Source: Pseudomonadota bacterium (GTDB lineage Bacteria > Pseudomonadota > Alphaproteobacteria > Caulobacterales > Caulobacteraceae). Taken from it: DNA of 64,000 nucleotides. The position numbers and the translations under genes are program-made. The DNA lies in the NCBI GenBank assembly GCA_040388315.1, contig JAZKBZ010000021.1, forward strand, positions 1,960 to 65,959. The letters run 5' to 3'. The notes beneath the pieces are model-generated. The model worked only from the letters and a program-made list of their open reading frames with translations. It searched no databases and was not told the origin of the DNA. Below, piece after piece: positions 1 to 8,509 of this stretch. The stretch's first letter is position 1. Every line of letters starts with the position of its first letter.

Positions 1-629
1 TGCTCCCCGCCGTGGCGGGCGAAGGCGTGGTCGCAGCCGGGATAGGTGTGGATGGTGACGTGGGCGTGGTTCTTGAGGGCCTGGAGGATGACGGCCTGGG
101 CCTCCTTGGGGACGAACTGGTCCTCCTCGGCGATGTGCAGCATCAGCGGCCGCTCCAGCTTGTCGGCCTCGGCCACCCGGCTCTCGATGCCGACCCCGTA
201 ATAGCCGACGCTGGCGTCGCAGTCGGTGCGGGTGGCGGTGAGGAAGGCCAGCATGCCCCCCAGGCAATAGCCCACCGCGCCGACCTTGCCCGAACAGCCG
301 GGATCGGCGCGGATGTGGTCGATGACCGCGGCGATATCCTTGACCCCGGCGTCAGGGTCGAAGGCGTTGAACAGCTCGAAGGCCTTCTTCCACTCGGCCT
401 CGGACTTGTCGGTGATGTCGATCCCAGGCTCGATCCGCCAGAACAGGTCGGGGCAGATGGCCAGGTAGCCCTGGGCGGCCAGGCCGTCGGCGATCTCGCG
501 CATGACGGCGTTGACCCCGAAGATCTCCTGGATGACCACGATGGCCGGGGCCTTGGCGGCGGCGGGCCGCGCCACATAGGCGGTGAACGAACCGTCTTCG
601 GTGGTCAGGGTGAGGGTTTCGCCAGCCAT
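1..629 (-). CDS. Dienelactone hydrolase family protein (3' end runs off the window)
   Basis: Absent from the ORF track (no stop in window). Manual minus-strand translation from ATG at 629: MAGETLTLTTEDGSFTAYVARP...VVIQEIFGVN...PDLF...GAVGYCLGG (G-x-C-x-G nucleophile elbow). Confidence 0.9.
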   Translation of the reverse strand, partial: MAGETLTLTTEDGSFTAYVARPAAAKAPAIVVIQEIFGVNAVMREIADGLAAQGYLAICPDLFWRIEPGIDITDKSEAEWKKAFELFNAFDPDAGVKDIAAVIDHIRADPGCSGKVGAVGYCLGGMLAFLTATRTDCDASVGYYGVGIESRVAEADKLERPLMLHIAEEDQFVPKEAQAVILQALKNHAHVTIHTYPGCDHAFARHGGE

Positions 630-718
630 GGAAGGCTCCGTTTCTCTTGCGTTGTGTTGGCTACTAGCGTGCGGTGGCCAGTACCGGCCATAACTAATGC
701 GTCCAGGAAGGGCCCGCC

Positions 719-973
719 ATGAAGATGACCATCGAGATCGACTGCACCCCCATCGAGGCCCGCACCTTCATGGGCCTGCCCGACGTCACCGCCTTGAACG
801 ACAAGCTGGTGGAGGAGATGCAGAGCCGGATGACGGCCAATATCAACATGCTCTCTCCCGACGAGCTGATGAAGAACTGGACCGCCTTCGGGGTCGGGGC
901 CCAGGAACAGTTCCGCAAGCTGATGTCCACCGCGGTGGACATGGGCATGGGCGCCGCCAACCGCCCGAAATGA
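719..973 (+). CDS. DUF6489-like small protein
   Basis: [24 protein letters not shown]-terminus matches this family as I recall it. Stop overlaps the mnmE start (ATGA). Confidence 0.7.
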   Translation: MKMTIEIDCTPIEARTFMGLPDVTALNDKLVEEMQSRMTANINMLSPDELMKNWTAFGVGAQEQFRKLMSTAVDMGMGAANRPK

Positions 974-2307
974 CCGACACCATCTACGCGGCCGCCACCG
1001 CGCCCGGCCGCGCGGCGGTGGCGGTGGTCCGGCTGTCCGGACCCGCGACCCGGGCCACGGTCAAGGCCTTGTCCGGACGGGTGACACGGGCGCGGACAGC
1101 CACCCTGCGCACCCTGCGGGACGCGCGCGGCGCGGCGATCGACCAGGCCCTGGTGCTGCGCTTCGAGGCGCCGGCCAGCTATACCGGCGAGGACAGCGCG
1201 GAGTTTCACGTGCACGGCGGCCCCGCGGTCGTGGCCGCGCTTCTGGAAGCTTTGAGCGCGCTTGGCCTGAGGCTGGCCGAGCCGGGGGAGTTCACCCGCC
1301 GGGCCTTCGAGAACGGCAAGCTGGACCTGGCCCAGGCCGAGGGGGTGGCCGACCTGATCGAGGCCGAGACCGAGGCCCAGCGCCGTCAGGCCCTGGACCA
1401 GGTGGAGGGGGCGCTGGGCCGCGCCCACCAGCGCTGGCGGGCCGATCTGATCGAGGCCCTGGCCAATTTCGAGGCCGCCGTGGACTTTCCGGACGAGGAG
1501 GTCCCCGCCGAGGTGGCCGAGCGGGCCCGACCCTATCTCGAACGCCTGGTGGGCCAGCTGCACGCCGCCCTGGCCGACGTCGACCGGGGCGAACGGGTGC
1601 GGGAGGGGTTCCGCATCGCCCTGGTGGGGTCGCCCAACGCCGGCAAGTCCACCCTGCTGAACGCCCTGGCGGGCCGCGAGGCCGCCATCGTCACCCCCAC
1701 CCCGGGGACGACGCGGGACGTGATCGAGGTTCCGATGCGGCTGGCGGGCTACAAGGTGCTGTTGGCCGACACCGCCGGCCTGCGGGAGACCGTCGACGAG
1801 ATCGAGGCCGAGGGGGTGCGCCGGGCGCGGGCCTGGGCCGACAGCGCCGACCTGAGGATCTGGGTGGTGGACGGCGCGTCCTCGGTCGTGGACCCGCCGC
1901 CGGCGGAGCTGCGGGCGGGCGACCTCTGCGTGATCAACAAGTGCGACCTGCCCCCCGGCGACGATACGGGGCGGGCCCTGCTGGAAGCCCGGGCGCTTGA
2001 GCTTGAAATGCACCGCATCAGCGCCCGGGAGACCGGCCATGTGGGGGTGATCCTGGCGGCCCTCACCGACCACGTGGTCGACCGCCTCTCCGGCGCCGAG
2101 CCCCCCACCGCCACCAGGCTGCGTCACAAAGACTTGCTCGGTGAGGCCCTGGCGCGGCTGGAGCACGCCCTCTTGGTCCAGGGATCGCCGGAACTGGCGG
2201 CGGAGGATGTGCGACTGGCCGGCCGGGCCCTGGACCGCATCACCGGCCGCATCGACCCGGAGGATGTGCTGGACCGGGTGTTCGCGACCTTCTGCATTGG
2301 AAAATAA
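970..2307 (+). CDS. mnmE: tRNA modification GTPase MnmE/TrmE
   Basis: Starts [24 protein letters not shown]; [14 protein letters not shown] (G1), PGTTRD, DTAG, NKCD, C-terminal FCIGK. Confidence 0.97.
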   Translation: MTDTIYAAATAPGRAAVAVVRLSGPATRATVKALSGRVTRARTATLRTLRDARGAAIDQALVLRFEAPASYTGEDSAEFHVHGGPAVVAALLEALSALGLRLAEPGEFTRRAFENGKLDLAQAEGVADLIEAETEAQRRQALDQVEGALGRAHQRWRADLIEALANFEAAVDFPDEEVPAEVAERARPYLERLVGQLHAALADVDRGERVREGFRIALVGSPNAGKSTLLNALAGREAAIVTPTPGTTRDVIEVPMRLAGYKVLLADTAGLRETVDEIEAEGVRRARAWADSADLRIWVVDGASSVVDPPPAELRAGDLCVINKCDLPPGDDTGRALLEARALELEMHRISARETGHVGVILAALTDHVVDRLSGAEPPTATRLRHKDLLGEALARLEHALLVQGSPELAAEDVRLAGRALDRITGRIDPEDVLDRVFATFCIGK

Positions 2308-2309
2308 GG

Positions 2310-2325
2310 TGTTTCACGTGAAACA
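2310..2325. promoter_or_regulatory. parS site 1 (ParB-binding centromere)
   Basis: Perfect consensus TGTTTCACGTGAAACA, extended palindrome 2309-2326, directly after the mnmE stop. Confidence 0.95.
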
Positions 2326-2334
2326 CGGCTGACA

Positions 2335-2464
2335 CCCCCTCTCCCGCTCGCGGGAGAGGGTAGGGTGAGGGCTCTTTCTGAAGCGCCGGTATTGGTCCAC
2401 CGCAGGAATGCGCAGCCTTGCTGCGCGTCCCCTCACCCACCCTCTCCCCATGAATGGGGAGAGG
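2335..2464. repeat. REP-like palindrome doublet, family A (CCCTCACCC..CCCTCTCCC..GGGAGAGG)
   Basis: CCCCCTCTCCCGCTCGCGGGAGAGGGTAGGGTGAGGG (2335-2371) and the inverted copy CCCCTCACCCACCCTCTCCCCATGAATGGGGAGAGG (2429-2464). Confidence 0.75.
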
Positions 2465-2494
2465 AGGAGGCTCGCAAGCGCCTTGCGGTAAGAC

Positions 2495-2510
2495 TCTTTC
2501 ACGTGAAACC
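2495..2510. promoter_or_regulatory. parS site 2
   Basis: TCTTTCACGTGAAACC, 2 mismatches to consensus, upstream of mnmG. Confidence 0.85.
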
Positions 2511-2545
2511 GCCGGCCCCTTCCGCTATAGGAACCCCCCGCCCAT

Positions 2546-4420
2546 ATGGCGCGGATGCGGAGTTTCGGCGTGGCCTCCTGGGACGTGATCATCATCGGCG
2601 GCGGCCATGCGGGCTGCGAGGCGGCGGCGGCGGCCGCGCGGTTCGGCGCGCGGACCCTGCTGCTGACCCACAGGCTCGAGACCATCGGCGAAATGTCCTG
2701 CAATCCGGCCATCGGCGGCCTGGGCAAGGGCCACCTGGTGCGCGAGATCGACGCCCTGGACGGGGTCATGGGCCGGCTGGCGGACAAGGCCGGGATCCAG
2801 TTCCGGCTGCTGAACCGCTCCAAGGGCGCCGCCGTGCGCGGGCCCCGGGCCCAGATCGACCGCAAGCTCTATCGGGAGGCCATGCAGGCCGAGCTGGCCG
2901 CCACCCCCAACCTGACGATCAAGGCCGAGGCGGTCGAGGACCTGCTGGTGGTGGACGGCCAGGTCACGGGCGTGGTGGGCGCAAGCGGTGAAATCTATTC
3001 CGCCGGGCGGGTGGTGCTCACCACCGGCACCTTCCTGAAGGGCGTGATCCATCAGGGCGAGCAGCGCATCCCCGCCGGACGGGTGGGCGAGGCGCCGGCC
3101 ATCGGGCTGTCGGACCGGCTCTATGCCTTGGGCCTGGACATGGGCCGGCTGAAGACCGGCACCCCGGCCCGGCTGGCAGCGTCGTCCATCGCCTGGGAGA
3201 AGCTGGAGATGCAGGCGGCCGACGAGGTCCCCTCCCCCTTCTCGTTCCTGACCGACAAGATCACCACGCCGCAGATCGCCTGCGGCATCACCTACACCAA
3301 TGCGCAGACCCACAGGATCATCGCCGAGCGGCTGAACGAGTCGGCGGTCTATGGCGGACGGATCAATGGGCGGGGGCCGCGCTACTGCCCCTCCATCGAG
3401 GACAAGGTGGTCCGGTTCGCCGACAAGACCGCGCACCAGATCTTCCTGGAGCCCGAGGGCCTGGACGACGACACGGTCTATCCCAACGGCATCTCCACCT
3501 CGGTCTCGGCGGAGACCCAGGACCTGTTCCTGCGCACCATCGTCGGCCTGGAGAATGTCCAGGTCCGCCGGCACGGCTATGCGATCGAGTACGACTATGT
3601 CGATCCCCGCGAGCTCTCGGCCACCCTGGAGGTCAAGCGGCTGCCGGGCCTTTACCTGGCCGGCCAGATCAACGGCACCACGGGCTATGAGGAGGCCGCC
3701 GCCCAAGGCCTGGTGGCTGGGCTGAACGCCGCTCGCGCCGCCTCCGGCGCGGACGCCGCCGTGTTCGGCCGCGACGAAGCCTATATCGGGGTGATGATCG
3801 ACGACCTGGTGACCCGGGGCGTCACCGAGCCCTATCGGATGTTCACCAGCCGGGCGGAGTTCCGCCTGACCCTGCGCTCCGACAATGCCGACCAGCGGCT
3901 GACCGCCAAGGGCGTGGCCCTGGGCTGTGTCGGTGTTTCACGTGAAACCGCCTACAATTCAAAGGCCAGGGCCCTGGCGCAGGCCCGCGGCCGCGCCGCG
4001 GAGCTCACCCTGACCCCCGACAAGGCCGCCAAGGCCGGCCTGCCGGTCAAGGCCGACGGACAGCGCCGCGACCTGACCCAGCTGCTGGCCTATCCGACCA
4101 TCGGTTTCGAGGAGCTGGCGGTCATCTGGCCGGAGATTTCGGCCTGGGACCCGCAGGTGCGCGAACAGATCGAGATCGATGCGTCCTATGCCGGCTATCT
4201 GGACCGCCAGGAGGCCGATGTGGCCGCCTTCCGGCGCGACGAGAACCTGCGCCTGCCCGCCGAGCTGGACTATGCCAGCGTCGGCGGCCTTTCCAACGAG
4301 GTCCGCGACAAGCTGACGGCGATCCGTCCCCTGACCCTGGGCCAGGCTGCGCGAATCGAAGGCGTGACGCCCGGCGCGCTCACCGCCCTGCTGGCCCATG
4401 TCCGCCGAAGGGCCGCCTGA
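2546..4420 (+). CDS. mnmG: tRNA uridine-5-carboxymethylaminomethyl modification enzyme MnmG/GidA
   Basis: [16 protein letters not shown] motif, [42 protein letters not shown]. Confidence 0.98.
   Translation: MARMRSFGVASWDVIIIGGGHAGCEAAAAAARFGARTLLLTHRLETIGEMSCNPAIGGLGKGHLVREIDALDGVMGRLADKAGIQFRLLNRSKGAAVRGPRAQIDRKLYREAMQAELAATPNLTIKAEAVEDLLVVDGQVTGVVGASGEIYSAGRVVLTTGTFLKGVIHQGEQRIPAGRVGEAPAIGLSDRLYALGLDMGRLKTGTPARLAASSIAWEKLEMQAADEVPSPFSFLTDKITTPQIACGITYTNAQTHRIIAERLNESAVYGGRINGRGPRYCPSIEDKVVRFADKTAHQIFLEPEGLDDDTVYPNGISTSVSAETQDLFLRTIVGLENVQVRRHGYAIEYDYVDPRELSATLEVKRLPGLYLAGQINGTTGYEEAAAQGLVAGLNAARAASGADAAVFGRDEAYIGVMIDDLVTRGVTEPYRMFTSRAEFRLTLRSDNADQRLTAKGVALGCVGVSRETAYNSKARALAQARGRAAELTLTPDKAAKAGLPVKADGQRRDLTQLLAYPTIGFEELAVIWPEISAWDPQVREQIEIDASYAGYLDRQEADVAAFRRDENLRLPAELDYASVGGLSNEVRDKLTAIRPLTLGQAARIEGVTPGALTALLAHVRRRAA
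3934..3949. promoter_or_regulatory. parS site 3 (inside mnmG coding sequence)
   Basis: TGTTTCACGTGAAACC, 15/16 match to consensus. Confidence 0.85.
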
Positions 4421-5076
4421 TGACCGACACCCTTCCGACCGAGGTCACACCCGTCGAGGTGGCCGACGCCGCCGACTTCGCCCTGGCCACCGGCGCCGAC
4501 GAGAGCGTCATCAACGACCTTCGGCAATACCAGTCATACCTGGAGGACTGGAACCAGCGGATGAACCTGGTGGGGCCCTCCACCCTGGAAATCTTCTGGT
4601 CGCGGCACGCCTGGGACTCAGCCCAGATCCTGCCCCTGGCCCCCGAGGCGCTGACCTGGGCCGACCTCGGAGCGGGCGCAGGTTTGCCGGGCATCGTGCT
4701 GGCGATCCTCAACAAACACCGTCCCGGTTTCCACATGCACCTGGTGGAAAGTATGGCCAAGCGCTGCCGCTTCCTCACCGAGGTGGTGGAGGGTCTCCAC
4801 CTGCCGGCCACCGTTCACAATTCTCGTGCGGAGGACTTGTCCCTGACTGTGGATATCGTCACCGCCCGGGCTTGCGCCCCGATGACCCGGTTGCTTGGGT
4901 ATGCCCAGCCCTACCTGAAGCGCGGCGCGACCGCCTTGTTCCTCAAGGGGCAAGATGTTGCGGTCGAATTGGAAGAGGCTACCAAATCTTGGAAGTTCGA
5001 GGCGGATGTCCTGCCCAGCTTCAGTGATGCGCGTGGGCGCATCGTACGCGTAAGGACGTTGAGCCGTGGCCGCTGA
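4420..5076 (+). CDS. rsmG: 16S rRNA m7G527 methyltransferase RsmG/GidB
   Basis: WNQRMNLVG, RHAWDS, DLGAGAGLPG SAM motif, TARACAP, FLKG; sits between mnmG and parA. Confidence 0.95.
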   Translation: MTDTLPTEVTPVEVADAADFALATGADESVINDLRQYQSYLEDWNQRMNLVGPSTLEIFWSRHAWDSAQILPLAPEALTWADLGAGAGLPGIVLAILNKHRPGFHMHLVESMAKRCRFLTEVVEGLHLPATVHNSRAEDLSLTVDIVTARACAPMTRLLGYAQPYLKRGATALFLKGQDVAVELEEATKSWKFEADVLPSFSDARGRIVRVRTLSRGR

Positions 5077-5884
5077 TCCGAAACCCTTCCGGGCGCTGCG
5101 AATCCTGGTGGTCGCCAACCAGAAGGGCGGCGTGGGCAAGACCACCACCGCCATCAACCTGGGCACGGCGCTGGCCGCGGTCGGCGAGCGGGTGCTGCTG
5201 ATCGACTCCGATCCCCAGGGCAACGCCTCGACCGGCCTGGGCATCCCCCACTCCAAGCGCAAGACCACCCTCTATGACGTGCTGATGGGGGACGCTCCCC
5301 TCACCGCGGCCATCGTGCCGACCGACCTGCCCGGCCTGGACATCGTCCCGGCCCATGCGGATCTCTCCGGCGTCGAGCTGGAGCTGGGCCAGCAGGCCCG
5401 CCGCTCCTTCAAGCTGCGCGACGCCATCGACCCGATCCGCCAGTCGGGCGCCTATACCTATGTGCTGATCGACTGCCCGCCGTCCCTGAACCTGCTGACG
5501 GTCAACGCCATGGCTGCGGCCGACGCGGTGCTGGTGCCCCTGCAGTGCGAGTTCTTCGCCCTGGAGGGCCTGTCCCAGCTGATGCGGACGGTGGAGCTGG
5601 TGCGGGGCAGCCTCAATCCCAACCTGGAGATCCAGGGGGTGGTGCTGACCATGTACGACCGGCGCAACAGCCTGTCGGAACAGGTGGCCAAGGACGTCCG
5701 CGCCCACTTCGGCGGCACGGTCTACGCCACCGTGATCCCGCGTAACGTGCGGGTTTCCGAGGCCCCCAGCTTCGGCAAGCCGGTGCTGGTCTATGATCTG
5801 AAGTGCGCGGGGAGCCAGGCCTATCTGAAGCTCGCCCGCGAAGTCGTGCTGCGCGAGCGCGATCGCCGCGCCAAGGCCGCGTGA
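5066..5884 (+). CDS. parA: Chromosome partitioning ATPase ParA
   Basis: ANQKGGVGKTTT deviant Walker A, DSDPQGNAS, IDCPPSL, PLQCEFFALEG, IPRNVRVSEAPSFG. Confidence 0.97.
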   Translation: MAADPKPFRALRILVVANQKGGVGKTTTAINLGTALAAVGERVLLIDSDPQGNASTGLGIPHSKRKTTLYDVLMGDAPLTAAIVPTDLPGLDIVPAHADLSGVELELGQQARRSFKLRDAIDPIRQSGAYTYVLIDCPPSLNLLTVNAMAAADAVLVPLQCEFFALEGLSQLMRTVELVRGSLNPNLEIQGVVLTMYDRRNSLSEQVAKDVRAHFGGTVYATVIPRNVRVSEAPSFGKPVLVYDLKCAGSQAYLKLAREVVLRERDRRAKAA

Positions 5885-5891
5885 GGAAACA

Positions 5892-6764
5892 ATGATGGTC
5901 GAGAAACGCGGACTGGGCCGGGGGCTGTCGGCCCTGCTGGGGGAGGTCGAGGAGACGCCGGTCACCGCGGGCGCCGCCGGCGGCCTGCGGGACATCCCCA
6001 TCGAGCTGATCCATCGCAACGAGAAGCAGCCCCGCTGGGTCTTCCCCGAGGAGGAGATCGAGGAGCTGGCCGCCTCCATCCGCGAGAAGGGCGTCCTGCA
6101 GCCGATCCTGGTGCGGCCGGCGCCGGAGATGGACGGCCACTTCGAGATCGTGGCCGGGGAACGCCGCTGGCGCGCGAGCCAGAAGGCCGGGCTGCACGCC
6201 CTGCCGGCCCTGGTCCGCGAGCTGAACGATATCCAGATGCTGGAGATCGGGGTCATCGAGAACGTCCAGCGGACGGCGCTCTCCCCCATCGAGGAGGCCA
6301 ACGCCTACCAGCAGCTGGTGGAGGTCCACGGCCGCAGCGCCGCCGAGGTGGCCGACGCGGTGGGCAAGAGCCGCTCCCACGTCGCCAACCTGATCCGCCT
6401 GCTGGCCCTACCCGAGATGGTCCGGCACTACCTGATGAGCGGCCAGCTCACCGCCGGCCACGCCCGCGCCCTGCTGGGGACCCCCGACCCCCAGGCCCTG
6501 GCCGAGATCGTCATCGCCAAGGGCCTGTCGGTGCGCGACACCGAACAGCTGGCCCGCAAGGCGACCGCCGGCGAGAGCCCCGCCAGGGCGGCCCGTCCGG
6601 CGCCGGTCAAGGACACCGACACCCAGGCCCTGGAGGTCGACCTCTCCGAGGCGCTCGGCCTGACCGTCGAGGTGATCGACAGGGGCGGGGTCGGCGAGCT
6701 GCGGGTGAAGTATGCCAGCCTGGAACAGCTCGACGAGGTCTGCCGGCGGTTGACGCGGGCGTAG
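5892..6764 (+). CDS. parB: Chromosome partitioning protein ParB
   Basis: RGLGRGLSALLG, QPILVR, IVAGERRWRA (CTP-binding), ENVQR, GKSRSHVANLIRLL HTH. Confidence 0.97.
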   Translation: MMVEKRGLGRGLSALLGEVEETPVTAGAAGGLRDIPIELIHRNEKQPRWVFPEEEIEELAASIREKGVLQPILVRPAPEMDGHFEIVAGERRWRASQKAGLHALPALVRELNDIQMLEIGVIENVQRTALSPIEEANAYQQLVEVHGRSAAEVADAVGKSRSHVANLIRLLALPEMVRHYLMSGQLTAGHARALLGTPDPQALAEIVIAKGLSVRDTEQLARKATAGESPARAARPAPVKDTDTQALEVDLSEALGLTVEVIDRGGVGELRVKYASLEQLDEVCRRLTRA

Positions 6765-6946
6765 GTCCGAAAACCGCCAGACTGAAATTGGCCCTGTGGC
6801 GCACAGCGGGGCGATCGTCCGTATCCCTGGACGACGGCGAAACGCCATCCTGTGGATGGTTTCGGCGAAATTGGCGTAAGTCGTTCTAAAATATAGCCTA
6901 TTCGACGCACACGACAGGCGGCGCAAAGGGCCGTTTTAGGCTCTTT

Positions 6947-7999
6947 TCATAGACCCAGGCGCTTGGCCCGGCCGGCGATCTGCAGGGCCAGGCGTTCGGC
7001 GATCAGGGCGTCGGGAGAGCCCGCCGTCTTGCACGCCTTGTCGGCGGCGAACACCTCGGGCTGGATGCGGTCCAGTTCCGGCAGGGTCCAGGTGCGGGCC
7101 TGGCGCAGGAACTCCCGCTCGCTCTTCCAGAACACGCCCGAGGCCTTGGCCGCCTCCTGCAGGCCGGCGCCGGACTTGGCCAGGGTCAGGGTGCGGCGCA
7201 TGCGGCCCAGATACATGCCCAGCGCGCGGACGGCGGCGGGGCCCCCCTCCCCTTCGGCGGCGGCGCGGCGCAGGCCGGCCTGGGCCTCAGCGAGGCGCCC
7301 GCCGAAGGCGTCGGCGGCGGCGTCGGACAGGGAGGCCTCGGGCTCGACGCCGAGGAAGTCCTCCAGGTCTTTTGGGGTCGCTGTCACGCCGCTGCCCGGG
7401 CCGAGGAACAGGGCCAGCCGCTCGATCTCCTGGCGGGAGACGCCGCGCTCCTTGGGCATGCGGGCCACGAAGAGCTGCAGGGCCTCGGAGGTCAGCCCCA
7501 CCCCGTCCTTGGAGAGCAGGTCGCGCACCAGCCGGGCGATGTCGCCGGGCTCGTCCTCGTAGCAGGGGATGGTGGCGGCGCCGGGCGCCTTCTCGGCGGC
7601 CTTGCGCAGGGCGGAGTTGCGGTCGAGGGCGCCGGCCTCGATCAGCAGGAAGGCGTCGGGGTTGAGCTCGCCGGCGGCGTGGCGGGTCAGGGCCTCGGCG
7701 GTCATGCGGTCCAGGGCCTGCTTCTCGGTGGCGAACTTCAGCCGCACCAGTCGCCGGCCCCCCATCAGGGACTGGGCCGCCAGCTCGCCCTCCAGCCGCG
7801 CGCCGTCGCCGTCCAGGTCGCCATCGGTGAGCAGGGCCACGTCGAAGGGGTCGTCGGGCCGGTCGCAGACCTTGAGCGCCAGCTGGTTGGCGCGGTCGCG
7901 CACCACGCCCATGTCGCGGCCATAGATCAGGGCGGCGCGAACAGTCTTATCGGGCGCGCCGAGGAAGCGTTCGATGTCCGGCCGCTTGGCGAGGATCAT
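6947..7999 (-). CDS. holA: DNA polymerase III subunit delta
   Basis: Starts MILAKRPDIERF; LIYGRDMG, SLMGGRRLV; conserved position after leuS-lptE. Confidence 0.9.
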   Translation of the reverse strand: MILAKRPDIERFLGAPDKTVRAALIYGRDMGVVRDRANQLALKVCDRPDDPFDVALLTDGDLDGDGARLEGELAAQSLMGGRRLVRLKFATEKQALDRMTAEALTRHAAGELNPDAFLLIEAGALDRNSALRKAAEKAPGAATIPCYEDEPGDIARLVRDLLSKDGVGLTSEALQLFVARMPKERGVSRQEIERLALFLGPGSGVTATPKDLEDFLGVEPEASLSDAAADAFGGRLAEAQAGLRRAAAEGEGGPAAVRALGMYLGRMRRTLTLAKSGAGLQEAAKASGVFWKSEREFLRQARTWTLPELDRIQPEVFAADKACKTAGSPDALIAERLALQIAGRAKRLGL

Positions 8000-8009
8000 C
8001 GCGGAACCC

Positions 8010-8504
8010 TTACGACTTGGCGCCGGCCAGCCAGGTGGCGAGTTCGAGCTCGATCTTGCGGGCCGCCTCGCCGGCGGCGCGGTCCTGGGCGTCCTGCTGG
8101 GCGGCCACCGAGGCATAGGGCTGGTCGGCGGAGTCGTAGGTCACCTCCACCCGCACCCGCCCGACCTTGGCCGCGGCGCCCGAGGGCAGGGCCACCAGGG
8201 TGTAGGCCGCCACCAGGACGTATTCGTAGCGGGTGGCGACATTGTCGACCCGGATGCCGCGGGGATAGCGCTGCTCGGAGAGCTGGAGGTCCATGCGGTA
8301 CTGGGGCTTGAGGCCCGAATCGCGGGCCAGCGCGTCGTCCAGGTGCTCGCGGATCAGCTGGCCGGCCCGGCCGGTGGGGGCCGAGACCTGCACCGAGGAC
8401 AGGGTGGTCCCCACCCCGGGGCGGCCATAGAGCGGCGTGAAGCCGCAGGCCGCCAGGGCGAGGGCGGCGAGCGCCAGGGCGCCGGTGCGTGCGATGCGAG
8501 CCAT
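8010..8504 (-). CDS. lptE: LPS assembly lipoprotein LptE
   Basis: Lipobox LAAC followed by GFTPLYG; lies between leuS and holA. Confidence 0.88.
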   Translation of the reverse strand: MARIARTGALALAALALAACGFTPLYGRPGVGTTLSSVQVSAPTGRAGQLIREHLDDALARDSGLKPQYRMDLQLSEQRYPRGIRVDNVATRYEYVLVAAYTLVALPSGAAAKVGRVRVEVTYDSADQPYASVAAQQDAQDRAAGEAARKIELELATWLAGAKS

Positions 8505-8509
8505 GTGCC

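Noticed and set aside
1202-1217. Partial parS-like sequence AGTTTCACGTGCACGG in mnmE
   Set aside because: Only the left half matches, and it encodes the conserved EFHVHGG motif of MnmE.
12-2166. Long antisense and alternative-frame ORFs here and throughout the window (e.g. 694-2166, 8489-11122, 21661-24153, 25886-27937, 30476-33301, 33605-37531, 50218-52491)
   Set aside because: Shadow ORFs expected from high-GC codon bias opposite well-supported genes; no recognisable motifs.
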